A stretch of DNA of 64,000 nt from Eledone cirrhosa. Its lineage: Eukaryota. The position numbers were made by a program, and so were the translations under genes. Numbering within the stretch: position 1 is the stretch's first letter; every line of letters begins with the position of its first letter. Where the stretch lies: positions 366,420,001 through 366,484,000 of the forward strand of contig OZ024740.1 of assembly GCA_964016885.1 (NCBI GenBank). The letters are read 5' to 3'. The notes under the pieces are model-generated. The model worked only from the letters and a program-made list of their open reading frames with translations. It ran no database searches and was not told where the DNA came from. Shown piece after piece: positions 26,901 to 36,956 of the stretch.

Positions 26901-29191
26901 CAAACATAAACACTGAAACATGTACATACATACACACATACATAAATGGTAGTACGTACATAGAAGTTGCGAGATGAAATTAATGAAGTAGTTGAATAAG
27001 TAGTTTGTTGGTTGAGTCCATGGCAAGTGAATGAAGTATCTCAATTAGTTAAGAGAATTGTTGCTGTGAAATCTTGCCATGGTCACGGAAACCTGTAGTT
27101 GTAGTCACTTGTGGTATTGTGATATTGCTGTGGAGAAAAACAATTTTCCCCAATCACATGGGTATGAATTTACAAATAAACAAAACACCATTAATTTTTG
27201 TAGGTTTTTATTGGTTGCATGATTTACTTTGAAATCATGTGCAGTAATACTAAACAATGGAAAAAGGTATATGTATAATTGTAATGTTGATTGTGTGTGT
27301 GATGTTTAGAATTTCATGATAGTGAATTTACTAACCTGTGGTGTTGATGTTAGTAGCGAGCCCTCCTTAGTCAGCAGAGATGGCTAGCAAGTGTTTCTGT
27401 GTGGGACTATATGGTGAACTGTGCTGTGTGTATATTGCAGAGCAAAGAAATTAACTGTTCTGTGGTAGAGTGTAGAAAAATACTCTGCTATCCTGGTGTC
27501 AGAATCTCTTGTATTTACAAGGATTGTGCACTCAGAAAACATTAAACACATGGCCCCTGATAATTTCCTTTTAAACAAAAGCAATAAATCTAAATAGCAA
27601 CATTAGTATCTCAGTCTGACTGATGTTACAGGTCAGTGTGTGTCGGAACATGGGAACAGGTTTTGCTACACACCTATATACCATTTTTTATTCCTTTTGG
27701 TGTCGGTATTACGTAGATTGTCATCATCATCATCATCATCACTAACACAGGTAGCATCTATCCTACCATCTGTTCTTCCATGCTTTTATGAATTAGACAG
27801 ACTGTGCAGTGACACAGTTGGTAGCATTCCAAATTGCACCACAACAGTATATACGTGTATATATATATATATATACACACACATATACATACATACACAC
27901 ATACACACATAGACATACACATATAAACATACACACACATGTACACACACACAAGGATGGATAGACACACATAATTACATAAGCAATAAGACACACATAA
28001 TATACATTCATACGTGTGTCATATGGCCAGTCACATATATATATATACCCACACACAGACACACAGACACACAAATACATATAGACAAAATTACAGCTGA
28101 ACAGAGTTGCATGCATAAAATGTATACATATACATGTTTCATATACATATACATACATATTTACACACAAACACATACAGATAGAAAAATGACAGATGCT
28201 CAGAATTAAATAAGCAATCAAATCCATATAAAACATATGCATACATATGTCACGCACACACATATTACTCACACACACTCACAACCACACATGTGTGCAC
28301 TTTCTCACTCAGACACAGGCACACTATACATGTAAGTCATACACACAAACACACATGTGCACTTACTTAGTCGGACACAAACACATAAACACATATATAC
28401 TCACACATGTACCCATACACTCCCAGAAGCCCAAACACAAACATGTTCATATATAAATGTCCACACAATGTACATGTATACTCACTTAGACACATCATCA
28501 AAATCTCCAAATTCATCTCATATAAACAGTACTTCTAGAGATGCTTCGACTACTATTTTAACCACATACAAACATCCATTTAGCCAGACATGGAGCCATA
28601 AAGGAAGAATGGAGTAGGGGAGCAGAATAAAACAAATTTACTACTGTTATTCTACTTCTAGGTATTTGGATGGAGATTTTGACAAGATTCTTACTCTGTA
28701 TTCACTATAAAATAACATCATAAGCTTCCAGCACTATATTTTCAAGGAATACTTCTTTAAGGACGTCCTTCGTATAAAAGTTTGCTGAACAAAGAAGACA
28801 AAGATAACAATGTAACAACCGTAAGCAGCAGAGAAAGAAAAATCTAAAGCATAATATGATGTCATGTAATTTCACAATGCTATATATAAAATGTTTCACT
28901 TGTCTGCTCATGCTCCATATTTGGCATAGTTTTTATGGCTGAAGGCCCTTCCTAATGCCATCCTTCATACATGCTGTACTGAGTGTATTTTTCATGGTAC
29001 TACTACTAACACTTTACAGGCTGTAATGGATGTGTTTTTGCATGGTACCAATATTGTGTTGGGTGCACTTTATCATGTTACCAGCACCAGAGATCTTGTC
29101 ACATGCTGATTCAGACTGAAGGCTCCTCTTAAACTCTATATTGTGCCTGTCTCATTTAACTCATTAAAATTAACTTCCTTTATTCAGATTC

Positions 29192-29250
29192 GCTGGTATG
29201 TTTATTTTGGTGATAACCATTATTCAACAGCTATGACCTCATCAGACAGC
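29192..29250 (-). ncRNA. Decayed hammerhead ribozyme motif
   Basis: Minus strand: GCTGT-CTGATGA-GGT c ATAGCT..GGTTAT c ACC-AAAA(GAAA mutated)-TAAACA-TA-CCAGC. Confidence 0.6.
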
Positions 29251-29280
29251 TAGAACTTGAACAGAAAAAACAGAAAAACA

Positions 29281-29465
29281 TAATTGTCTCTACTTTAGGT
29301 ACAAGGCCAGCAATTACCCAGTGCATTACTGGTACTTTATTTTATCGACCCCGTAAGGATGAAAGGCAAAGTCAACCTCAGCGGGATTTGAACTCAGATC
29401 GTAAAGGGACGTAACTATGCTGGAAAGCATGGCGTCCGACCCTCTACTGATACTGCCAATCCACC
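29281..29465 (-). mobile_element. tRNA-derived SINE family A inserted in the left arm
   Basis: Reverse complement of 48952-49137. Confidence 0.9.
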
Positions 29466-29532
29466 GGAACAAAGTTTACCTCTGTTATTTTGATCTTTGA
29501 TGTGGCCAAACACTGTAACGTCGAGTCTCTCC

Positions 29533-29586
<54 letters not shown>

Positions 29587-29612
29587 GGAGAGACTCGACG
29601 TTACAGTGTTTG

Positions 29613-29648
<36 letters not shown>

Positions 29649-29798
29649 ACCACTTCTTTGAGAAAACAAGACCATACTTCAGGACTGGCCACATCAAAGA
29701 TCAAAATAACAGAGGTAAACTTTGTTCCATCATTATGTTTTTCTGTTTTTTTCTGTTCAAGTTCTAGCTATCTGATGAGGTCATAGCTGTTGAATAAT

Positions 29799-30145
29799 GT
29801 GCGTGAACGACCCAGCATAAATGTGTTGAGAGAGAAACTGTGTTTGAGAGGGATAGAATGTAGTGTACGGGAGAGGAGACTGAGGTGGTATGGACATGTG
29901 ATGCGCATGGAGGATAACCGATGGGTGAAGAAGTGCCAGGAAATGCCAGTTGAAGGAAGACGTGGTAGAGGTAGACCACGAAAAACATGGGCGGAGGTGG
30001 TGAGAACAGACCTCAGATCATTGAAGCTAACGGTGGAGATGACGAAGGACTGTGACGAGTAGAGAGATGCTGTGCTGAATAAGACCCGTCCCACCCTTGC
30101 AAGCAGGGAAAAGCGGATGTAAAATGATGATGATGATGATGATGA
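29799..30145 (+). mobile_element. RTE LINE 3' fragment
   Basis: RRLRWYGHVMRMED..GRGRPRKTW and a (GAT)n tail. Confidence 0.9.
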
Positions 30146-30155
30146 TATATATATG

Positions 30156-30213
<58 letters not shown>

Positions 30214-30229
30214 CATATATATATATATT

Positions 30230-30260
<31 letters not shown>

Positions 30261-30332
30261 AAGGACGTAAAATAAGAAAATATTTTTTAAAAAAAATTTA
30301 AAAAAAATTTTTTTTTACTTACTTAAATTTTC

Positions 30333-30414
30333 ACTCCAACTAATTAGTTTCTGCAATGGGATAAAGACAGTTACGTAATCCAACTGTCGAGAATTCATTG
30401 CGTCATCAGGGAGT
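30333..30414 (-). ncRNA. Hammerhead ribozyme motif (array left arm, copy 1)
   Basis: Reverse complement of 32558-32639. Confidence 0.8.
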
Positions 30415-30891
30415 CTATTCTCAGTTAAGTCTCCAGGCAATGCGCGGACACTGGCGGCTCATATAAAAATAATAATAATTCGGTAGATCGAACAGCTTGC
30501 GAGGACTGGATTCTATGTGCCGAAATTCTCACTGCTTCAAGTCAAATGGCCGATTCTAAAGAATCAATCACGTGACACAGAGGCTAGTTAGAAGGAATGG
30601 GATGGTAAGATGACTGACGCCTACTAACACCACAAAAAAATTTTTTTTAGAAGTGGTTTTGACAAGTTTGCTCGACAAATCAGTGATTTGGAGATAAATA
30701 TAGATAATTTAATATATCAACTAACATAAGCGCACAGATGCACGCCCATGCCAGCAAATACACAGGTTATGTCATAGTACCTAGGTGGTTCAATGCAGGA
30801 GAATGCAGAACAATAATATAAAGGACGTAAAATAAGAAAATATTTTTTTAAAAAAATTTTTAAAAAATTTTTTTTACTTACTTAAATTTTC

Positions 30892-30973
30892 ACTCCAACT
30901 AATTAGTTTCTGCAATGGGATAAAGACAGTTACGTAATCCAACTATCGAGAATTCATTGCGTCATCAGGGAGT
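30892..30973 (-). ncRNA. Hammerhead ribozyme motif (array left arm, copy 2)
   Basis: Same motif, with one substitution in the distal stem II. Confidence 0.8.
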
Positions 30974-31451
30974 CTATTCTCAGTTAAGTCTCCAGGCAAT
31001 GCGCGGACACTGGCGGCTCATATAAAAATAATAATAATTCGGTAGATCGAACAGCTTGCGAGGACTGGATTCTATGTGCCGAAATTCTCACTGCTTCAAG
31101 TCAAATGGCCGATTCTAAAGAATCAATCACGTGACACAGAGGCTAGTTAGAAGGAATGGGATGGTAAGATGACTGACGCCTACTAACACCACAAAAAATT
31201 TTTTTTTAGAAGTGGTTTTGACAAGTTTGCTCGACAAATCAGTGATTTGGAGATAAATATAGATAATTTAATATATCAACTAACATAAGCGCACAGATGC
31301 ACGCCCATGCCAGCAAATACACAGGTTATGTCATAGTACCTAGGTGGTTCAATGCAGGAGAATGCAGAACAATAATATAAAGGACGTAAAATAAGAAAAT
31401 ATTTTTTTAAAAAAATTTTTAAAAAAATTTTTTTTACTTACTTAAATTTTC

Positions 31452-31533
31452 ACTCCAACTAATTAGTTTCTGCAATGGGATAAAGACAGTTACGTAATCC
31501 AACTGTCGAGAATTCATTGCGTCATCAGGGAGT
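31452..31533 (-). ncRNA. Hammerhead ribozyme motif (array left arm, copy 3)
   Basis: Reverse complement of 32558-32639. Confidence 0.8.
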
Positions 31534-32021
31534 CTATTCTCAGTTAAGTCTCCAGGCAATGCGCGGACACTGGCGGCTCATATAAAAATAATAATAATTC
31601 GGTAGATCGAACAGCTTGCGAGGACTGGATTCTATGTGCCGAAATTCTCACTGCTTCAAGTCAAATGGCCGATTCTAAAGAATCAATCACGTGACACAGA
31701 GGCTAGTTAGAAGGAATGGGATGGTAAGATGACTGACGCCTACTAACACCACAAAAAAATTTTTTTTAGAAGTGGTTTTGACAAGTTTGCTCGACAGATC
31801 AGTGATTTGGAGATAAATATAGATAATTTAATATATCAACTAACATAAGCGCACAGATGCACGCCCATGCCAGCAAATACACAGGTTATGTCATAGTACC
31901 TAGGTGGTTCAATGCAGGAGAATGCAGAACAATAATATAAAGGACGTAAAATAAGAAAATATTTTTTAAAAATTTTTTTTTAAAAAAAAAATTTTTTTTT
32001 TTTAAAAATTTTTTTTTTTTT

Positions 32022-32064
<43 letters not shown>

Positions 32065-32557
32065 TTAAAAAAAAAAATTTAAGTAAGTAAAATTAAAAAA
32101 AAATTTTTAAAAAATTTTTTTTAAAAAACATTTTCTTATTTTACGTCCTTTATATTATTGTTCTGCATTCTCCTGCATTGAACCACCTAGGTACTATGAC
32201 ATAACCTGTGTATTTGCTGGCATGGGCGTGCATCTGTGCGCTTATGTTAGTTGATATATTAAATTATCTATATTTATCTCCAAATCACTGATTTGTCGAG
32301 CAAACTTGTCAAAACCACTTCTAAAAAAAAATTTTTTTGTGGTGTTAGTAGGCGTCAGTCATCTTACCATCCCATTCCTTCTAACTAGCCTCTGTGTCAC
32401 GTGATTGATTCTTTAGAATCGGCCATTTGACTTGAAGCAGTGAGAATTTCGGCACATAGAATCCAGTCCTCGCAAGCTGTTCGATCTACCGAATTATTAT
32501 TATTTTTATATGAGCCGCCAGTGTCCGCGCATTGCCTGGAGACTTAACTGAGAATAG

Positions 32558-32639
32558 ACTCCCTGATGACGCAATGAATTCTCGACAGTTGGATTACGTA
32601 ACTGTCTTTATCCCATTGCAGAAACTAATTAGTTGGAGT
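32558..32639 (+). ncRNA. Hammerhead ribozyme motif (array right arm, copy 1)
   Basis: ACTCC-CTGATGA-c GCAATG...GACAGTT ggattacgt AACTGTC...CATTGC a-GAAA-CTAATTAG-TT-GGAGT. Confidence 0.8.
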
Positions 32640-33117
32640 GAAAATTTAAGTAAGTAAAAAAAAATTTTTTAAAAATTTTTTTTAAAAAATATTTTCTTAT
32701 TTTACGTCCTTTATATTATTGTTCTGCATTCTCCTGCATTGAACCACCTAGGTACTATGACATAACCTGTGTATTTGCTGGCATGGGCGTGCATCTGTGC
32801 GCTTATGTTAGTTGATATATTAAATTATCTATATTTATCTCCAAATCACTGATTTGTCGAGCAAACTTGTCAAAACCACTTCTAAAAAAAATTTTTTTGT
32901 GGTGTTAGTAGGCGTCAGTCATCTTACCATCCCATTCCTTCTAACTAGCCTCTGTGTCACGTGATTGATTCTTTAGAATCGGCCATTTGACTTGAAGCAG
33001 TGAGAATTTCGGCACATAGAATCCAGTCCTCGCAAGCTGTTCGATCTACCGAATTATTATTATTTTTATATGAGCCGCCAGTGTCCGCGCATTGCCTGGA
33101 GACTTAACTGAGAATAG

Positions 33118-33199
33118 ACTCCCTGATGACGCAATGAATTCTCGACAGTTGGATTACGTAACTGTCTTTATCCCATTGCAGAAACTAATTAGTTGGAGT
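33118..33199 (+). ncRNA. Hammerhead ribozyme motif (array right arm, copy 2)
   Basis: Identical to 32558-32639. Confidence 0.8.
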
Positions 33200-33684
33200 G
33201 AAAATTTAAGTAAGTAAAAAAAAAAAAAAAATTTTTTTTAAATTTTTTTAAAAAAATATTTTCTTATTTTACGTCCTTTATATTATTGTTCTGCATTCTC
33301 CTGCATTGAACCACCTAGGTACTATGACATAACCTGTGTATTTGCTGGCATGGGCGTGCATCTGTGCGCTTATGTTAGTTGATATATTAAATTATCTATA
33401 TTTATCTCCAAATCACTGATTTGTCGAGCAAACTTGTCAAAACCACTTCTAAAAAAAATTTTTTTGTGGTGTTAGTAGGCGTCAGTCATCTTACCATCCC
33501 ATTCCTTCTAACTAGCCTCTGTGTCACGTGATTGATTCTTTAGAATCGGCCATTTGACTTGAAGCAGTGAGAATTTCGGCACATAGAATCCAGTCCTCGC
33601 AAGCTGTTCGATCTACCGAATTATTATTATTTTTATATGAGCCGCCAGTGTCCGCGCATTGCCTGGAGACTTAACTGAGAATAG

Positions 33685-33766
33685 ACTCCCTGATGACGCA
33701 ATGAATTCTCGACAGTTGGATTACGTAACTGTCTTTATCCCATTGCAGAAACTAATTAGTTGGAGT
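33685..33766 (+). ncRNA. Hammerhead ribozyme motif (array right arm, copy 3)
   Basis: Identical to 32558-32639. Confidence 0.8.
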
Positions 33767-33954
33767 GAAAATTTAAGTAAGTAAAAAAAAATTTTTAAAA
33801 AATTTTTTTTAAAAATTATTTTCTTATTTTACGTCCTTTATATTATTGTTCTGCATTCTCCTGCATTGAACCACCTAGGTACTATGACATAACCTGTGTA
33901 TTTGCTGGCATGGGCGTGCATCTGTGCGCTTATGTTAGTTGATATATTAAATTA

Positions 33955-34004
<50 letters not shown>

Positions 34005-34267
34005 TGTGTGGGTGGGTGTGTGGGTGTGTGTGGGTGTGTATATCTATCTATCTATATATATACATATATATATATTATTCAATTTTGGAAAGCTGGTTGA
34101 TCAGATAATCCACCGACTTTTGTTGTAAAGAGATGTAAAGCCCTCTATGATTTGTATTCCTTAAAATGTTATTGATAAGGTATCAACTGGAGTGTCAATA
34201 TTATAAAGAAGAGCGATGGTTTTTATATAATAAACAGAGGATGTAGATTTAAAACCGTCTTTCTTCT

Positions 34268-34325
<58 letters not shown>

Positions 34326-34841
34326 ACAAGTAAACTATAAGAGTAACAGAGTGGACACCAAGGCAGTGGACGAGAACCAGAGGGTGGCCAAAGGCCAAAT
34401 GGTGCAATCATCTTCCCCAAAATATATATATATATGGCCACCTCCATGATCCAACACTAGAATCTCCCATGCAGTGCGATGTCTGTCTCCCTACTCAGAT
34501 CCAAACCCAATCAATGCATCTCAAACTACACCAAACACACTGAGCACCCTAGTGTTGTAATGAGGTTGTACTGATATCACAATAAAATGCCACCAGGCCA
34601 TCCAGTGAAACAGTAGTGTCAATATCACAGTGAAAAGTGCCCAGTCCATTATGTATGGTAGTATTGCTAGCGCCATGAAAAAATTCTCCCAGTAAATGCT
34701 TTAAAGTGGTTGGTGTTAGGAAGAGCATCAACCAAGGAAAACAAGTTTCCAGTACACACTGTGAAGTGTTTGGCATTAGGAAGGGCATCCTGCCATAGCA
34801 CGTAACAACTGTCTAACCCATATAAGCATGGAAAATGGATA

Positions 34842-35055
34842 TTAACCCGTTAGCATTTAAACCAATTGTATCCGGCCAGAAGTCTCTTCTCACTTCTTTC
34901 TGTTCAAACCAGCCGTAACCAGCCACTCATACCAACGTTGAGGTATTGTTCTCAAAATGAATAATATCAAAATCTCACTGATTCGATATTATGTGAGATA
35001 AAGCCTTTACCACGAAAATACAATAGTAAATATAAAGAAAATGCTAAAGGATTAA
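34842..35055. mobile_element. piggyBac-like MITE (same family as 4063-4282)
   Basis: TTAACCCGTTAGCATTT...AATGCTAAAGGATTAA, with similar internal sequence. Confidence 0.78.
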
Positions 35056-35666
35056 ACAGTGAAGATGATAATGATAATGATATATTTATATTTGTGTGAT
35101 CTTAATGGACACAAGGAGTACTTAATACTGAAGTGTATTGAATTTAATAATATTCTTTATTATGGTTAATAATAAAGACGATCCTGTGAATACACAGGTA
35201 AAGCTCCACAGTAACAATACTCATCATTTGTCTATAATAGACTATATATATCATCATCATCATCATTTCATTTTACGTCCGCTTTTTCCCTGCTTGCAAG
35301 GGTGGGACGGGAACTGATTCTGGCTTATATATATATATATATATATATATCATAAATCATGTCCTTAGAATTATTAGATAAAATATATACAATTTCTTCT
35401 CCCAATTAGCATAATTAATCATATAAAAAATCAATTAGACCAGGCTATAAGAATAAAGGCTCCTATGAAGAAATATTTGATAAATAACCGAAAGCAGCCT
35501 CTTCGCGGTTGACCACAATAAAGTATTTACCCAACATTTCAACAGCATGTAGAAACTGACCAAATATATCGTCAACCATACACAATTAGGTATAAATATC
35601 GTGAATGGTTGCCACATATATATCTGTGACTTTATGTATATGTAAATATTTATATTTATATATATA

Positions 35667-36000
35667 TGGAGGCACATGGCTTAGTGGTTAGAGCATTGGC
35701 CTTGCAATCGAAAGGTTGTGAGTTCAATTCTCAGACCGGGTGATGTGTTATTTCCTTGAGCAAGACACTTTATTTCACATTGCTCCAGTTTACTCAGCTG
35801 GAGAAATGAGATGATAGGGATTAGGGTCCATATCATTCCACTGTAAAGTGGTCATGGAGGTGCCACAGCAAAAAAGCACCCAGCACTCACTGTAAATGAG
35901 GTTGGTGTTAGGAAGGGCATCCAGCTGTAGAAATCAAGCCAGAATCAGTTCCTGTCCCACCCTTGCAAGCAGGGAAAAGCGGACGTAAACTGAAATGAAT
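35667..36000 (+). mobile_element. Full-length tRNA-derived SINE family B with RTE-type tail
   Basis: A box TGGCTTAGTGG, B box GAGTTCAATTC, central TCCTTGAGCAAGACACTT, and a tail shared with the RTE end at 30085-30125. Confidence 0.88.
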
Positions 36001-36337
36001 GAAATGAATATATATATATATTTCCCCCACATGCACAAACAATATACACAGACACATACATCTACACATATACACACACATACATATACACGTAACCATT
36101 TGCCATCTCTTCCTATATTCTGACAACTTTTGCAGCCCTCCCCTTCTACCCATTCCCCCTTTCTCCCCTTCGACACACACACTACCACACCCATGCAATC
36201 CCTATACTCCACCCTGGACCTATACCTACCGCTATCCCATTTGTTTTTAATTTTACTCTCTATTTTTCCATTTTCGATTTTTTACTTTTTAACTTCCCTC
36301 GTTAACCCTCCCTTACCCCCCCTCGAACTTTCTGTTC

Positions 36338-36373
36338 TTTCCTGATGAAAGACTTTTGTCCAAAACGTTGAAA
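36338..36373 (+). ncRNA. Decayed minimal hammerhead motif (Penelope-type)
   Basis: TTTC-CTGATGA-AAGAC tttt GTCC-AAAA-CG-TT-GAAA. GAAA to AAAA is consistent with CpG decay. Confidence 0.45.
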
Positions 36374-36451
36374 CCTCCTGCACTTCCACCCAGCGTGAAC
36401 GTAATATAACCCTGTACAATTGCCTCCTGTGTTATGTTTGTTCATTATCAA

Positions 36452-36486
<35 letters not shown>

Positions 36487-36529
36487 CACACACACATGTA
36501 TATATATATATATGTATCTATATATACAC

Positions 36530-36591
<62 letters not shown>

Positions 36592-36646
36592 GTATATATG
36601 TATATATATATATATATGTGTGTATATATATATATATGTATATATA

Positions 36647-36877
36647 TCATCATCATCATCATCATCAGCGTTTAACGTCCGTGTTCCACGCTTGCATGGG
36701 TTTGGACGGGGGTTTTCCCACTTGAGGCAAGAGTGATTATCTTGCTCGCATAGGACTATCTGGTGGGTTTTCTACAGCTGGATGCCCTTCCTAACACCAA
36801 CCACATTTACAGTGTGGGGCTGGGAGGTTTTTACCGTGTTGCCTACACGGCCACATTACAGCGTGAACTGTGTGTTT
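36647..36877 (-). mobile_element. RTE 3'UTR fragment
   Basis: Diverged reverse complement of 40405-40638. Confidence 0.85.
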
Positions 36878-36921
36878 TTTATATATATATATATATATAT
36901 ATAACAATCCCTATACCTCTC

Positions 36922-36952
<31 letters not shown>

Positions 36953-36956
<4 letters not shown>

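Larger units (their letters stand above)
29150..29798. repeat. Inverted repeat centred on (TA)n, carrying a decayed hammerhead and interrupted by a SINE
   Basis: 29219-29283 mirrors 29733-29798. 29466-29538 mirrors 29583-29617 plus 29687-29728. Confidence 0.85.
30253..33960. mobile_element. Head-to-head inverted tandem array of ~560-bp hammerhead-containing units (retrozyme / Penelope pLTR-like) in (TA)n
   Basis: Left-arm landmark AAGG at 30261, 30821, 31380, 31940. Right-arm reverse complement at 32147, 32708, 33275, 33835. A/T-tract centre ~31960-32130. Both outer ends run into (TA)n. Confidence 0.88.

Noticed and set aside
27330-28830. Possible host exons (minus-strand donor near 27335; plus-strand acceptor 28660 and donor 28821)
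   Set aside because: Splice-like motifs are present, but I found no convincing open frame. They could be UTR or non-coding exons, which cannot be supported without RNA data.
35667-35745. tRNA gene
   Set aside because: A/B boxes belong to a SINE head that continues into SINE body and RTE tail. No full cloverleaf seen.
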